DNA of 64,000 nucleotides, taken from NCBI GenBank assembly GCA_044226015.1, contig JBGAHS010000001.1, positions 768,001-832,000 on the forward strand, in the 5' to 3' direction. The DNA is from Candidatus Obscuribacteraceae bacterium (lineage in GTDB: Bacteria; Cyanobacteriota; Vampirovibrionia; Obscuribacterales; Obscuribacteraceae). Under the pieces are notes generated by a model, which did no database searches, was not told where the DNA came from, and saw only the letters and a list, made by a program, of their open reading frames with translations. Positions 49,490 through 59,021 of this stretch are shown here, piece after piece. The translations under genes and the position numbers were made by a program. The stretch's first letter is position 1. Every line of letters begins with the position of its first letter.

Positions 49490-50692
49490 ATGAGCATCGC
49501 GCCAGAGCTAAAAAAGATTGTTTCAACCAAAGCAAGCACTTTTACTGAATCTGTTATTCGAGAAATGTCTAGAATGGCAGCAAAGTATCAATCAGTGAAT
49601 CTGGCTCAGGGCATGCCTGACTTTCCCAGCCCGCCTGAGCTGAAGGAAGCTGCTTGCCGGGCGATAAATGACGACATTAATCAATACGCAATAACCTGGG
49701 GCGATAAGCCTTTTCGCGACGCTATCAGCGCAAAGAACAAAAACTACATTGGTGTTGAATACGAACCTGAGACTGAGATTACAGTCACGTGTGGCGCAAC
49801 CGAAGGCATGATCGCGACGATGCTTGCGCTGGTCGACCCTGATGACGAAGTTATTGCATTTGAACCTTATTACGAAAACTATGGTCCAGACGCAATTCTT
49901 GCTGGTGCGAAACCGCGTTATGTTTCATTGCACCCACCACACTGGTCATTCGATGAAGCCGAGTTGGAGAGCGCATTCAATGCCAAAACAAGGGCGATTG
50001 TTTTGAATACTCCACATAATCCTACGGGCAAAGTTTTCTCTCGCCAGGAACTTGAAGTGATTGCGCGTCTTTGCCAGAAATGGGGAGTTTATTGTTTTAC
50101 AGATGAACCATACGAACATATTCTTTATGATGGCGCGAAGCACGTGGCAATGGCGTCATTGCCTGGAATGAAGGATTTGACCGTTACTGTCAATTCTCTT
50201 TCGAAAACCTATAGTGTCACAGGATGGCGCCTTGGAACTGTCTGCGCCGCAGAAAAGGTCAGCACTGCTATTAGAAAAGTACACGACTTTCTGACTGTTG
50301 GTGCTGCAGCACCGCTACAAAGGGCAGGAGCTTTCGCGATGAGTCTTCCCGAAAGCTATTATGTGGACTTAGCCACTGCTTACCAGAAGCGTCGTGATAC
50401 CATGCTTGAGATTCTCGACGAAGTTGGAATTCCTTATTTCAAGCCATCAGGCGCTTATTACACCTACTGTGATATTTCCAAATTTGCTTTTGAAAACGAT
50501 GTTAAGTTCACCGAGTTCTTAGTGAAACAGGTCGGTGTTGCTGTTGTTCCAGGTTCCAGCTTTTTCAGACCAGGCGACCGTGGCAAGAATTATATTCGTT
50601 TCTGTTTTGCGAAAAAGCCGGAAACACTAGCTCTGGCAAAAGAAAAGTTGCTCATGCTGCCAGAAAAGCTAGAGGCTTTCAGAAAGGGCTAA
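49490..50692 (+). CDS. PLP-dependent class I aminotransferase (methionine/kynurenine aminotransferase-like)
   Basis: NLAQGMPDF, NTPHNPTGKV, DEPY, SLSKTYSVTGWRLG, RFCFAK. Confidence 0.92.
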   Translation: MSIAPELKKIVSTKASTFTESVIREMSRMAAKYQSVNLAQGMPDFPSPPELKEAACRAINDDINQYAITWGDKPFRDAISAKNKNYIGVEYEPETEITVTCGATEGMIATMLALVDPDDEVIAFEPYYENYGPDAILAGAKPRYVSLHPPHWSFDEAELESAFNAKTRAIVLNTPHNPTGKVFSRQELEVIARLCQKWGVYCFTDEPYEHILYDGAKHVAMASLPGMKDLTVTVNSLSKTYSVTGWRLGTVCAAEKVSTAIRKVHDFLTVGAAAPLQRAGAFAMSLPESYYVDLATAYQKRRDTMLEILDEVGIPYFKPSGAYYTYCDISKFAFENDVKFTEFLVKQVGVAVVPGSSFFRPGDRGKNYIRFCFAKKPETLALAKEKLLMLPEKLEAFRKG

Positions 50693-50763
50693 GTATTGGT
50701 GAGCTGCTGGATAGTATAATTACTTAAGCAGTTACCTGAACGTTTTTCGTGGGGTGCATTTGC

Positions 50764-51129
50764 ATGTACATTTGTCCGGCGTGTTCTGCTGAAAATCGCG
50801 AGAATGCAAATTTTTGTCGCCAGTGTGGTGAACGGCGCAGCGCTACAAACCCTCTGAATGAAGAGGACAGTCGAGACCGTTGTCCTTGCTGCTCGAGGCG
50901 CGTTCGGCACGCTGACCGATATTGCATGAGTTGCGGTGAGAAATTGCAAGTTAAGCCTGCTCCGCCAAGTAAGATGTGTCTGACTTGCAAGGTTGTATTG
51001 CCTGATAAGGCTACTTTTTGCACCGCCTGCGGCGAGTATGTCGCTGAGAAATCGACCAGGAAAGTGCAAATTCCAGCCGAATTGTTTGGTGATGATAATC
51101 CCGATTTCAGCCCACGCTACGAAGCATAG
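50764..51129 (+). CDS. Double-zinc-ribbon (DZR) protein
   Basis: Six CxxC motifs arranged as three pairs. Confidence 0.8.
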   Translation: MYICPACSAENRENANFCRQCGERRSATNPLNEEDSRDRCPCCSRRVRHADRYCMSCGEKLQVKPAPPSKMCLTCKVVLPDKATFCTACGEYVAEKSTRKVQIPAELFGDDNPDFSPRYEA

Positions 51130-51163
51130 AGCATAGCAATTAGATTCTTGTGGAGGTCTTCGT

Positions 51164-52150
51164 TTGGCTACGTCTCTCGTTGTGTTTTTGCTTGCTCAGG
51201 CGCTTTGGCAGGTTCAAACTTTTGCTGATTTTGAAAGAGTAAAAAATGAACCTGTACTGAGTCCACGTGCTGGATTATTTGATTCAGCTGGTGCTTTTAA
51301 CCCTGCTGTGGCTGAGTACAAGGGCAAAGTGATTATGCTATATCGTGCCCAAGACAAGGATGGCGTGTCGAGAATCGGGTTTGCTGAAAGCGATGATGGA
51401 ATCAATTTCAAAGCCGACCAAAAAGCTCTGCTTGATCCCAAAGAAGCTTATGAAAAAGATGGTGGATTGGAAGACCCTCGTTTAGTGAAGATCGATAGGT
51501 TCTATTATTTGACCTATACCGGATACAACAAGAAAGATGCACAGCTCTGTCTGGCTGTTTCAACAGACTTACGCAAGTGGAACCGTATGGGAGTTATAAT
51601 GCCCGCCGGAAAAGGCATCTGGAACGTTCGCTGGACTAAATCTGGTGCGATTATCCCGAAAAAAATAGATGGCAAATATTGGATGTTCTACATGGGTGAT
51701 GCCGCCAATGGTGGCAATGATCAGACGGGTATTGCTTGGTCGAAAGACCCAAGCAATACATGGCTTGATGCAAGCAAGGAACCTATTCTACCTCGTCGCC
51801 CCGGCATGTTTGACTCGCGAGTTGTTGAGCCAGGACCAGCGCCTATTTTTACAAAAGATGGAATACTGCTGATATATAACGGGGCTGACGACAATCTGGT
51901 GTATCGCACAGGCTGGGCGTTATTCGATAAGACTGATCCTCGAAAACTTATCGCAAGATGCAGCAAGCCGATCTTTGTTCCAGAGAAAAAATGGGAAAAA
52001 GAAGGACAGGTTCCGAATGTTGTTTTCGTGGAAGGTGCGCTGAAAAAGGGTGATAAATGGCTCTTCTATTATGGCGCTGCTGATACTCACGTTGGTGTGG
52101 CAGAATCAAAACTGCATGATTTGATTCTGCATGACGAAGCAAAAAAGTAA
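51164..52150 (+). CDS. Glycoside hydrolase family 130 (beta-mannoside phosphorylase/mannosidase)
   Basis: FNPAV, LYRAQD, EDPRL, TYTGY, WTKSG, VEPGP, VPNVVF, YYGAAD; GGAGG RBS before TTG. Confidence 0.9.
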   Translation: MATSLVVFLLAQALWQVQTFADFERVKNEPVLSPRAGLFDSAGAFNPAVAEYKGKVIMLYRAQDKDGVSRIGFAESDDGINFKADQKALLDPKEAYEKDGGLEDPRLVKIDRFYYLTYTGYNKKDAQLCLAVSTDLRKWNRMGVIMPAGKGIWNVRWTKSGAIIPKKIDGKYWMFYMGDAANGGNDQTGIAWSKDPSNTWLDASKEPILPRRPGMFDSRVVEPGPAPIFTKDGILLIYNGADDNLVYRTGWALFDKTDPRKLIARCSKPIFVPEKKWEKEGQVPNVVFVEGALKKGDKWLFYYGAADTHVGVAESKLHDLILHDEAKK

Positions 52151-52205
52151 ACTGCTGGACTAAGTCAGGCTATGAAGCAAGCAAATAGTCGTGAGTTTTT
52201 CCTGT

Positions 52206-52850
52206 TCAAATTTCAAATACTATGGGTGGATTTATGGGCACGTAGTCTTCATCACAGCTAGATGCATTTATCATTTTTATGATTTTTCCATCAGAGCGTT
52301 TGTGCTCAGCAATGCCGTAACCCAAATGGATATGACCAAATACCATATATTGTGGCGGATAACTCAATTGATTTGAAACCACTTCAAGCAAGTCTGCGCA
52401 TCCAACATGTTCGCCGCGCGGCACATAGTCCAGATAGCCGTAGGGTGGTCCATGCGTCATCAAAATGTCGACGCCTTCTGGAATCATTCTCCAGTGGCGT
52501 AGAATGTCTTCTCCGCGCTGGCGATTGAAAGCCCAGTCAAAGAACCAGGGAGTGATGGGCGAGCCCCAGATGCTTATTCCATCGAGTTCTATGCCCGAAT
52601 TTTCCAGATAGACAGTACCCGTTCTCTCGGCAATATCGTAGGCTGCCTGCGGGTTTTGCTCAATGCCGAATTCGTGATTTCCAGCAATCCAGACTTTGTG
52701 TTTCTGGGGCTGTTTTTGCAGCCAATCTTCAAACCAGGCCAACTCATGACGTTTGCCCTTAAACGTCATGTCTCCCGCCACAAGAAGCAAGTCTGCCTCT
52801 GGCGTGACAACATCACGCATATGGATGTCACTGACTGCCACGCATTTCAT
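52206..52850 (-). CDS. Calcineurin-like metallophosphoesterase (MPPED/239FB-like)
   Basis: SDIH, AGD, AGNHE, THGPP, GHIH. Confidence 0.9.
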   Translation of the reverse strand: MKCVAVSDIHMRDVVTPEADLLLVAGDMTFKGKRHELAWFEDWLQKQPQKHKVWIAGNHEFGIEQNPQAAYDIAERTGTVYLENSGIELDGISIWGSPITPWFFDWAFNRQRGEDILRHWRMIPEGVDILMTHGPPYGYLDYVPRGEHVGCADLLEVVSNQLSYPPQYMVFGHIHLGYGIAEHKRSDGKIIKMINASSCDEDYVPINPPIVFEI

Positions 52851-52892
52851 TTAGGCTTGCAACGCCCTGGGGCATTCCTTCCAATAAAAAAA

Positions 52893-52965
<73 letters not shown>

Positions 52966-53070
52966 ACAGGCTGTTATCGCACTCATCGAGTGCAACGCGG
53001 TTCAATATACCACAGAAAAACACCCTTTGCTTCTAAGGCAGAGTGCTTTATTAAGCCAAGAAAACAAGTT

Positions 53071-55644
53071 CTATAAAGCCATGCTGGTGGCGAGTTTCTT
53101 CAATTGAATCATGTCGTTTTGAACCATCAATGCGGCTCCGCGCCAGACCGTATGCGTTGGCAGAACATCCAATTTTTCGAAGATTACCTTGAGCTGAATT
53201 TTTCCATTTGCAAGTGCAATAATCTCTTTCATCGCCTTCTCTTCGTCAGGCGACGGTGGGTCTTTCATAGCTTTCATCTTGGCGAAACCCTCGCCATTTT
53301 TTGCGCTGGGCTGGGGCCATACATAGAGAGAGGTTTCTCTAATTACCTCTAATGCTGAGGTGTAATGGTCTCGTGCCAGGGCACCGTCCATCAAAGCTCG
53401 TTCCAGGCTGCCCGGAACATCGAACGCTTTCGGCAGTTTGCCAATGTCATCTAAGGTTTGTCTATCGATTGCTGTCAAATCGCTAAATGCAAACTCTCCA
53501 GATTCAAATAAGACGAGAAATTCGATGATTGATGCTGTTCCAGTAAACTTTCCTAATCTGGCTTTGGTCGGCTTTCCATTCTCCAGGAAGCACCAGAACA
53601 TTTTGCCTTCTGGGTGAGTTACTGTGAGAATGCCGCTCTTTCTACTTATTGAGAGTGATTGCATCAACGCTGCAGGGTCGAAGACATCTAGAGACCCACC
53701 AAGGTTGCTTGCCAGTTTTGCTGAACGAAAAGCTTTTGGAACAGAATTGATGTGGGCAATCTTGTTTCTTTCTGATTGACCACGAGCGTATGACAGCGCT
53801 GTCTCGACATTGATGATCAGCTCATCCATGCTTGTGGAATCTTCGGGGTAGCTAGTTATACCGATGCTCATGCCCCAGCGTCCGACACCACATGGATAAT
53901 CTTCGCCCTCGAGCACCTGTCTCAATCGTTGTGCAAAAATCGTTGCTTTTTTCGAATCTACCTGACGCAAAATAAGTAAGAACTGTGCGCCTTGATAGCG
54001 AATTAAATGATCGCCCCAGCTGCCCATGGTTTCTGTACGTCGTTGCTGCAAAAGTTTGTCTATGCGTCGTCCGAGTTCCTGAATGACGGTATCACCCGCG
54101 GGGCGTCCGAATTTTTCATTGATGGAAAGTACGTCGTGTCCTTCTACAAGAAAGACAGAGAAGGGACGCTTTTCTCCACTAGCTGATTCAGAAGAAGCAA
54201 GCAGTTGCTGAAACAAGTGAGGAACGTAAGCTTTGTTTGGCAAACCAGTGAGTTCATCTGTTCTGGTAGCTTCAACCTGCTCTTCATATATGACGATGTG
54301 ATGAAGAGCTTTAGCCGCAACGTTGGAAGCGCGATTCATTACTCTTGCAATATGCTCAAGGCTTTGATCTTGCCCTCTGAAGAACAAGACCAGAAGTGCA
54401 AGTCGACGTCCCTGAAAACGCAAAGGCGATTGAATAACATAGCGGGCGCCGGTAAGCTGTGCGATTTCTCTGAACTGTGATTCAGCTATATTGCTTGGTT
54501 CCATCACAGTGCACAGATCAGTGTCAGAGTCTTGCAGTCCCTTCATCACGCCGAGACCTTTGTACACTTCTAGAGGATTATTTTGAAATCCAATATGTGC
54601 TACTAGATTTGCTTCTTGCTTTTTGTTTATCGTGAAAAACAGCGCAAACTCAAACGAGTTCGGAAACTCACTATGAAACATTTCAAGCAAGGTATCGCTG
54701 ATTCCAGAAATTGTTGTGTGATCATCAAACGCGTGACCGAGACGATCGACGAACTGGTTTTCTGCTTCTTTCAAATAGAGTACTGTTTTTTCTTTCTTCG
54801 CCTGTGTGAGTTCTTGTTCAAAGCGAGAATTCAACTTCTTAATTGTGGTGTCGCGCTCACGTAGGGTTTCGTCTCGCTCTTCAATGATTTTGTATTTGGA
54901 ATCAATAAATAAGCGAGTATCGAGTACTTCCTTAGCTGCCCCGGCAAGGTTCAAGTTTGGTATAGCCATGCCGCCTGATGCTGCTTCTTTCTTGCGATAA
55001 AACGCGAACATTCGTCCAAGAGGAACGGTGACTGAAAGTGCATACGCTAAAGCTGTCAGAAAGAGCGTGCCCCCAGTCATACTGAGTGCTAAAGCTAGCG
55101 GTACATTCGTGTCTAGCATATCGCCCGACAATGACACATCGCTTGCGCGGAAACCGGCGTGGAGATTGAAACCTGGCGCGATTGTAGCTACTGACTCGTA
55201 GTAATTTTTGTCTTTGAGCGTTACGTTTCGCGAGCTTTCTTCGTATGTTGGAAGTGTTGGCGCATAGTCACGGGTTTGAGGAAGCACCTTGCCTTGCTGG
55301 TCTGTGATGTAATACCAGGCAAGGTTGTTCTCGGCCATAAGTCCCAGAATTGAGGGCAGTTCTTTTGGAAGAGTGGCTTTTGGCTCGGGCTTGTCTTGTT
55401 TTGGCGTGTCGGCGTTCTGATTCTTGTTTTTCTTGCCTTTTTTCTTTGGCGGTGGATTGTCTGGCTGTTTATCCGGCTGTGCTGGGGGCTGAACCATCTG
55501 TTGGCTTAGTTCAGCGGCTAGCTTTGCGCTGACAGCATCTCTGTGTCCGGCTAGCATTCCTGGCAGCAAAAGATTTGCCAAACCGGTGATTCCGAAGATA
55601 CCGATTAAAGCCACAATCAAAAGGCGTATGAAAAAATTACTCAA
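53071..55644 (-). CDS. Membrane protein with coiled coil, GAF-like region, degenerate GGDEF and DUF4388 (PatA-N-like) domain
   Basis: TDELTGLPN entry motif, INEKFGRPAGD, signature RYQGAQF, SIGITSYP; then LGGSLDVFDPAALMQSL..KSGILTV..GEFAF. Confidence 0.8.
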   Translation of the reverse strand: MSNFFIRLLIVALIGIFGITGLANLLLPGMLAGHRDAVSAKLAAELSQQMVQPPAQPDKQPDNPPPKKKGKKNKNQNADTPKQDKPEPKATLPKELPSILGLMAENNLAWYYITDQQGKVLPQTRDYAPTLPTYEESSRNVTLKDKNYYESVATIAPGFNLHAGFRASDVSLSGDMLDTNVPLALALSMTGGTLFLTALAYALSVTVPLGRMFAFYRKKEAASGGMAIPNLNLAGAAKEVLDTRLFIDSKYKIIEERDETLRERDTTIKKLNSRFEQELTQAKKEKTVLYLKEAENQFVDRLGHAFDDHTTISGISDTLLEMFHSEFPNSFEFALFFTINKKQEANLVAHIGFQNNPLEVYKGLGVMKGLQDSDTDLCTVMEPSNIAESQFREIAQLTGARYVIQSPLRFQGRRLALLVLFFRGQDQSLEHIARVMNRASNVAAKALHHIVIYEEQVEATRTDELTGLPNKAYVPHLFQQLLASSESASGEKRPFSVFLVEGHDVLSINEKFGRPAGDTVIQELGRRIDKLLQQRRTETMGSWGDHLIRYQGAQFLLILRQVDSKKATIFAQRLRQVLEGEDYPCGVGRWGMSIGITSYPEDSTSMDELIINVETALSYARGQSERNKIAHINSVPKAFRSAKLASNLGGSLDVFDPAALMQSLSISRKSGILTVTHPEGKMFWCFLENGKPTKARLGKFTGTASIIEFLVLFESGEFAFSDLTAIDRQTLDDIGKLPKAFDVPGSLERALMDGALARDHYTSALEVIRETSLYVWPQPSAKNGEGFAKMKAMKDPPSPDEEKAMKEIIALANGKIQLKVIFEKLDVLPTHTVWRGAALMVQNDMIQLKKLATSMAL

Positions 55645-55848
55645 CCAGCGCGCTCAGTTCTAATTAGAATCAACTTTTCGCAAGACGACCCGATCATTAT
55701 AACCAGCTGTGAAAATCTACGCAAAGTTTGACTTTGCTCGACTTGCGGATTCTTTATATTCAAAATGCCGCGAAATCGACATAACTTGCATGCTTACTAG
55801 CGGTATGGCTAGATTAAATGTATTGCAATTCCTACAATCGTTTTTCTA

Positions 55849-56553
55849 TTAGTAGACACTGTTTCCGGGAACGGCAGATGCCCGGTTGAAAAGTCCTCCG
55901 ATTCGGAGTCCTCCAGAGTCGCGTTTGACAAGATAGTCAGTACTTAGATTTTGCACTGATGGGCGAGGACCCTGTTGCAACATGAGCTGTCCGGTGACGT
56001 TTACAACTACACTGCCGTCTGGGTTTGCGGCGATTGGGGTCACTGAAGTCGGAGTAAAGGTGCCTCGAATTCGACCGGTCAAAATTGCGTCGGACATTTC
56101 GGGAGTCCAGAAAGCTTGGGTATAAGAGGGCTGAACCTGAGGGACCACCCACTGAACAGCTTCTTGTCTGTTTTGGGCAGCCGTTTGGGGGTTGAAGTCC
56201 ATGGCTTTACCAATCCACCAGGTTACGAAGTCGTTAGCTAATTTTGGAGAAAGGGGCTCTGTCGCTGGCGCTGCTGCCGCCGCCTTGTTTTGAGCAGCTT
56301 TTTGCTGAGGAGCTTGACTTTGAGGGCGATGCTCTGGGCCTTGCTTCGCTTGATTATCTTCAGCCTCGTCGTCCTTGCTCTCGCCGGTGCTTGCTTTTCG
56401 GGAATCGCGCGGTCCCGTGGCAATGCGGTCGCCACCGTGCCCACCGCCGAAGCCGCCTACAAAAATCGATAGAACGCCAACAATAACAAGGCCCGCAAGG
56501 ATCTTGTCTTGAAAAATCTTCTGAACAAATGCTCTGGCTAACTCGTAAAACAT
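55849..56553 (-). CDS. Single-pass membrane protein with C-terminal NTF2/VirB8-like domain
   Basis: ATG 56553 (the upstream track extension overlaps the divergent gene); TM helix, flexible linker, alpha+beta domain. The fold call is inference. Confidence 0.6.
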   Translation of the reverse strand: MFYELARAFVQKIFQDKILAGLVIVGVLSIFVGGFGGGHGGDRIATGPRDSRKASTGESKDDEAEDNQAKQGPEHRPQSQAPQQKAAQNKAAAAAPATEPLSPKLANDFVTWWIGKAMDFNPQTAAQNRQEAVQWVVPQVQPSYTQAFWTPEMSDAILTGRIRGTFTPTSVTPIAANPDGSVVVNVTGQLMLQQGPRPSVQNLSTDYLVKRDSGGLRIGGLFNRASAVPGNSVY

Positions 56554-56744
56554 GTGACGGGGAAACCAATGATCAACTTTATAGTTATCCTCTATTTTGT
56601 TAAAAAAGCCACAAAAATCAATCGTGAAGTTCCCATAATGCGGACAAATCAGCATGTTAAGCAGATTCTGGTTGTAGAATTTGAAGCGTCTGTGTAATGT
56701 CTTACTGACAAGGCACAATTCACAGCCTGACATGGTGGACGGAA

Positions 56745-57113
56745 ATGAGTGGCGAAAATCCGGACAAGGACACTCAATTGGTGAAGGATGAAGAGCTGGC
56801 AGAGGATGATGCTGCTGGTGATGATGCTTTCCCCTTTCCATTTTCTGCTGAAGATGCGCTGGCTGGAAGCAGGAAGTATGTGGCTTACACAGTGAAACTG
56901 CCATCAGAGCAGCTCGCTGCCTTACAAAGTATTTGGCTTGAACTGAAGCGCATGTATGGCACGCACTCTCCAGACAAGAGCGGAATAATTCAGCAAGCGA
57001 TTACTGAATGGCTCAAAAGATGGGACAGTGAAGGTCCAGAGAAAGCGCAGCTTCTGCGGCAACTTTTGGAAATTCGGCAAAACACAAGAAAACGTCAGTA
57101 TCGCAAGCAATAA
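56745..57113 (+). CDS. Small protein, possible ribbon-helix-helix DNA binder
   Basis: Acidic N-terminus; strand YTVKLP followed by two helices (DKSGIIQQAITEWL); basic C-terminus. Confidence 0.55.
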   Translation: MSGENPDKDTQLVKDEELAEDDAAGDDAFPFPFSAEDALAGSRKYVAYTVKLPSEQLAALQSIWLELKRMYGTHSPDKSGIIQQAITEWLKRWDSEGPEKAQLLRQLLEIRQNTRKRQYRKQ

Positions 57114-57255
57114 TCAGTTGATTGACATTGCTAAGAAATAGCTTTGATTGAAGTGATACCACATACGGTGATTTCGTGGGTCCTTCACCATGCATTCTCA
57201 CGATTGCTTTTCTGCTGATGCACTCTGAAGAACTGCGAGCGCTTAATTTAAAGGC

Positions 57256-57289
57256 AAACGGCAACGGACAAAGAAGTCCGCTGCCGTTT
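57256..57289 (-). terminator. Probable intrinsic terminator between convergent genes
   Basis: 14-bp stem AAACGGCAGCGGAC/GTCCGTTGCCGTTT on the minus strand (one G-U pair), downstream of the Spy/CpxP gene. Confidence 0.65.
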
Positions 57290-57321
57290 TGTTTCTCAAT
57301 CAGAGCTGGCTTGTGAGAGGC

Positions 57322-57876
57322 TTAAGCTTTGTCGTCATGAGAAGGACCACCTGGGCCGCCGGGTCCACCATGACCACCTTTGAAGTGGCCATGGTGACCA
57401 AAGCCGTGATGACCATGGCGACTACCGAAGCCCCCTTCGAGCATACGGTGTCTCATGCCATCACGTTGTTCTGGGGTTAACACAGAGAGCATGTCCAATT
57501 TAAAGTTCAGTCTTGCTTTGTCGAGGTCGGCTTTGACCGCTGAAATTCTCGATTCCAGATCATTTGCTTTATTGCGATCAATGTCCTTCGCTGTAAAAAC
57601 GTCTTTCATCTGGCGTCCCAGAGAATCCAATTCTGCGCGTTTGGAAGCCGTGCTATCAAGGAATTGATTCTTTAGTGAGCTCATCTTCTGCAACTGCTCA
57701 TCGGAGAATTTTGCACGATGTCCTCGCTCACAAGCGCCGTCCTTGCAGCCATCGATTTTCTTTGCAAAGCTCGGCTTTGCCTCATCTTTGCTGTCTGTGT
57801 CGGCTGCAAGAACTGGAGTTGCGACTGCCAGACTCGCAAGGACAATGTTGAAGATTTTTGTTTTCGTATCGGCCAT
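57322..57876 (-). CDS. Spy/CpxP/ZraP-like periplasmic protein with His/Gly-rich tail
   Basis: Signal peptide; FSDEQ and LTPEQR motifs; HGHHGFGHHGH tail; AAGGAG RBS. Confidence 0.85.
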   Translation of the reverse strand: MADTKTKIFNIVLASLAVATPVLAADTDSKDEAKPSFAKKIDGCKDGACERGHRAKFSDEQLQKMSSLKNQFLDSTASKRAELDSLGRQMKDVFTAKDIDRNKANDLESRISAVKADLDKARLNFKLDMLSVLTPEQRDGMRHRMLEGGFGSRHGHHGFGHHGHFKGGHGGPGGPGGPSHDDKA

Positions 57877-58170
57877 GATTTTTTCTCCTTTTCAAAATCA
57901 TCTTTCGAAACTTCATTCCAGGTCAAAGCAAGCTGCAAGGAACGGGAACCCAGTGCCCCTTACAATCAAAATTGTTATATGCCTGAAGCTTTTAGAGATT
58001 CAAAATTCGTTTTCGTTTTGGTCGCTCGTCTTTTTTGAACCTTACTCTTTCACTGACGCCGTGCTCACCAAAATGTTCGATAAAATAGATTAACTTGGAT
58101 TAATCTGTATCTGGAAAGTATTTGTCCATCAGGTGGCGGATGTGAATTGGTTTGTGTAGCTGATCAAATG

Positions 58171-58196
58171 AAAAGCGAGACCTCCTGGTCTCGCTT
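58171..58196 (-). terminator. Intrinsic terminator of dedA
   Basis: Minus strand AAGCGAGACC-AGGA-GGTCTCGCTT-TT, about 50 nt after the dedA stop. Confidence 0.75.
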
Positions 58197-58199
58197 CTA

Positions 58200-58233
<34 letters not shown>

Positions 58234-58245
58234 TTCGGACGGAGC

Positions 58246-58857
58246 TTAGTCGTGCTTCAAGTGATGATAGAGGTAGAATCCAAATCCACCCAGCACCACG
58301 AGGACAATAGCTATATCGAATTTATGCCAGAGATCACTGAACACTTCCATGTTCTCACCGAATTTGATACCAACCCAGGTGAGGAAGTAACACCAGATTA
58401 GCGAACCGACAAAAGTAAATAAGGTAAACATCCAGAAATGCGCTTTTAACATTCCTGCTGGGAATGAGATGAACGTGCGCACTACTGGAAGCATCCTACA
58501 AATAAAGAACGCCCAATCGCCCCACCGGTCAACCCACTTATCTGCATGTTCCAGGTCTTTTTCTTTCAGCAACAGCCATTTGCCGTGCTTTTCCACGAGA
58601 GGGCGTCCACCCCACATACCGAGGAAGTAAGAAGGTATAGAACCGAGCACGCAACCAATGGCTCCAGCAAGCGCTGCAAGGTGAATATTCATTTTTCCTT
58701 GCTGAACCAGAAGTCCTGCCGTGGGCATTATTGCTTCGCTAGGTAATGGAATATTGGCTGATTCAATAGCCATCATTATGATAATTCCTGTATATCCCCA
58801 AGATGCAACAGCATCTCTTATCATATGAAGAATAGGATCAATGAACTGGTGTAACAC
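58246..58857 (-). CDS. dedA: DedA family membrane protein
   Basis: IESANIPLPSEAIMPTAG, GGRP, FICRMLPVVRTFISFPAG. Confidence 0.92.
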   Translation of the reverse strand: MLHQFIDPILHMIRDAVASWGYTGIIIMMAIESANIPLPSEAIMPTAGLLVQQGKMNIHLAALAGAIGCVLGSIPSYFLGMWGGRPLVEKHGKWLLLKEKDLEHADKWVDRWGDWAFFICRMLPVVRTFISFPAGMLKAHFWMFTLFTFVGSLIWCYFLTWVGIKFGENMEVFSDLWHKFDIAIVLVVLGGFGFYLYHHLKHD

Positions 58858-59021
58858 GGCAGACCTCTGCGTTAGGATATTGTTGGCATTCTATACGTTT
58901 GGCTTCGGTCTTACTGGAAACCAAGTTCAGAAAGGGATTTCAAGCGGAGCCTTTTGCGTGAAATCACGGGAATACTAAAAGAAATCGCTCTAATCTAAGC
59001 AATCGATAATTTAGGTGGGAA

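Noticed and set aside
56554..56904. His-rich N-terminal extension of the 351-aa track ORF
   Set aside because: Overlaps the divergent 56745..57113 gene; the poly-His is the antisense of GAT/GAA-rich codons.
58936..58965. Hairpin upstream of selB as an autoregulatory SECIS-like element
   Set aside because: Weak stem with several G-U pairs and a mismatch. A GATAAT box closer to the start may exclude it from the transcript; not supportable without TSS data.
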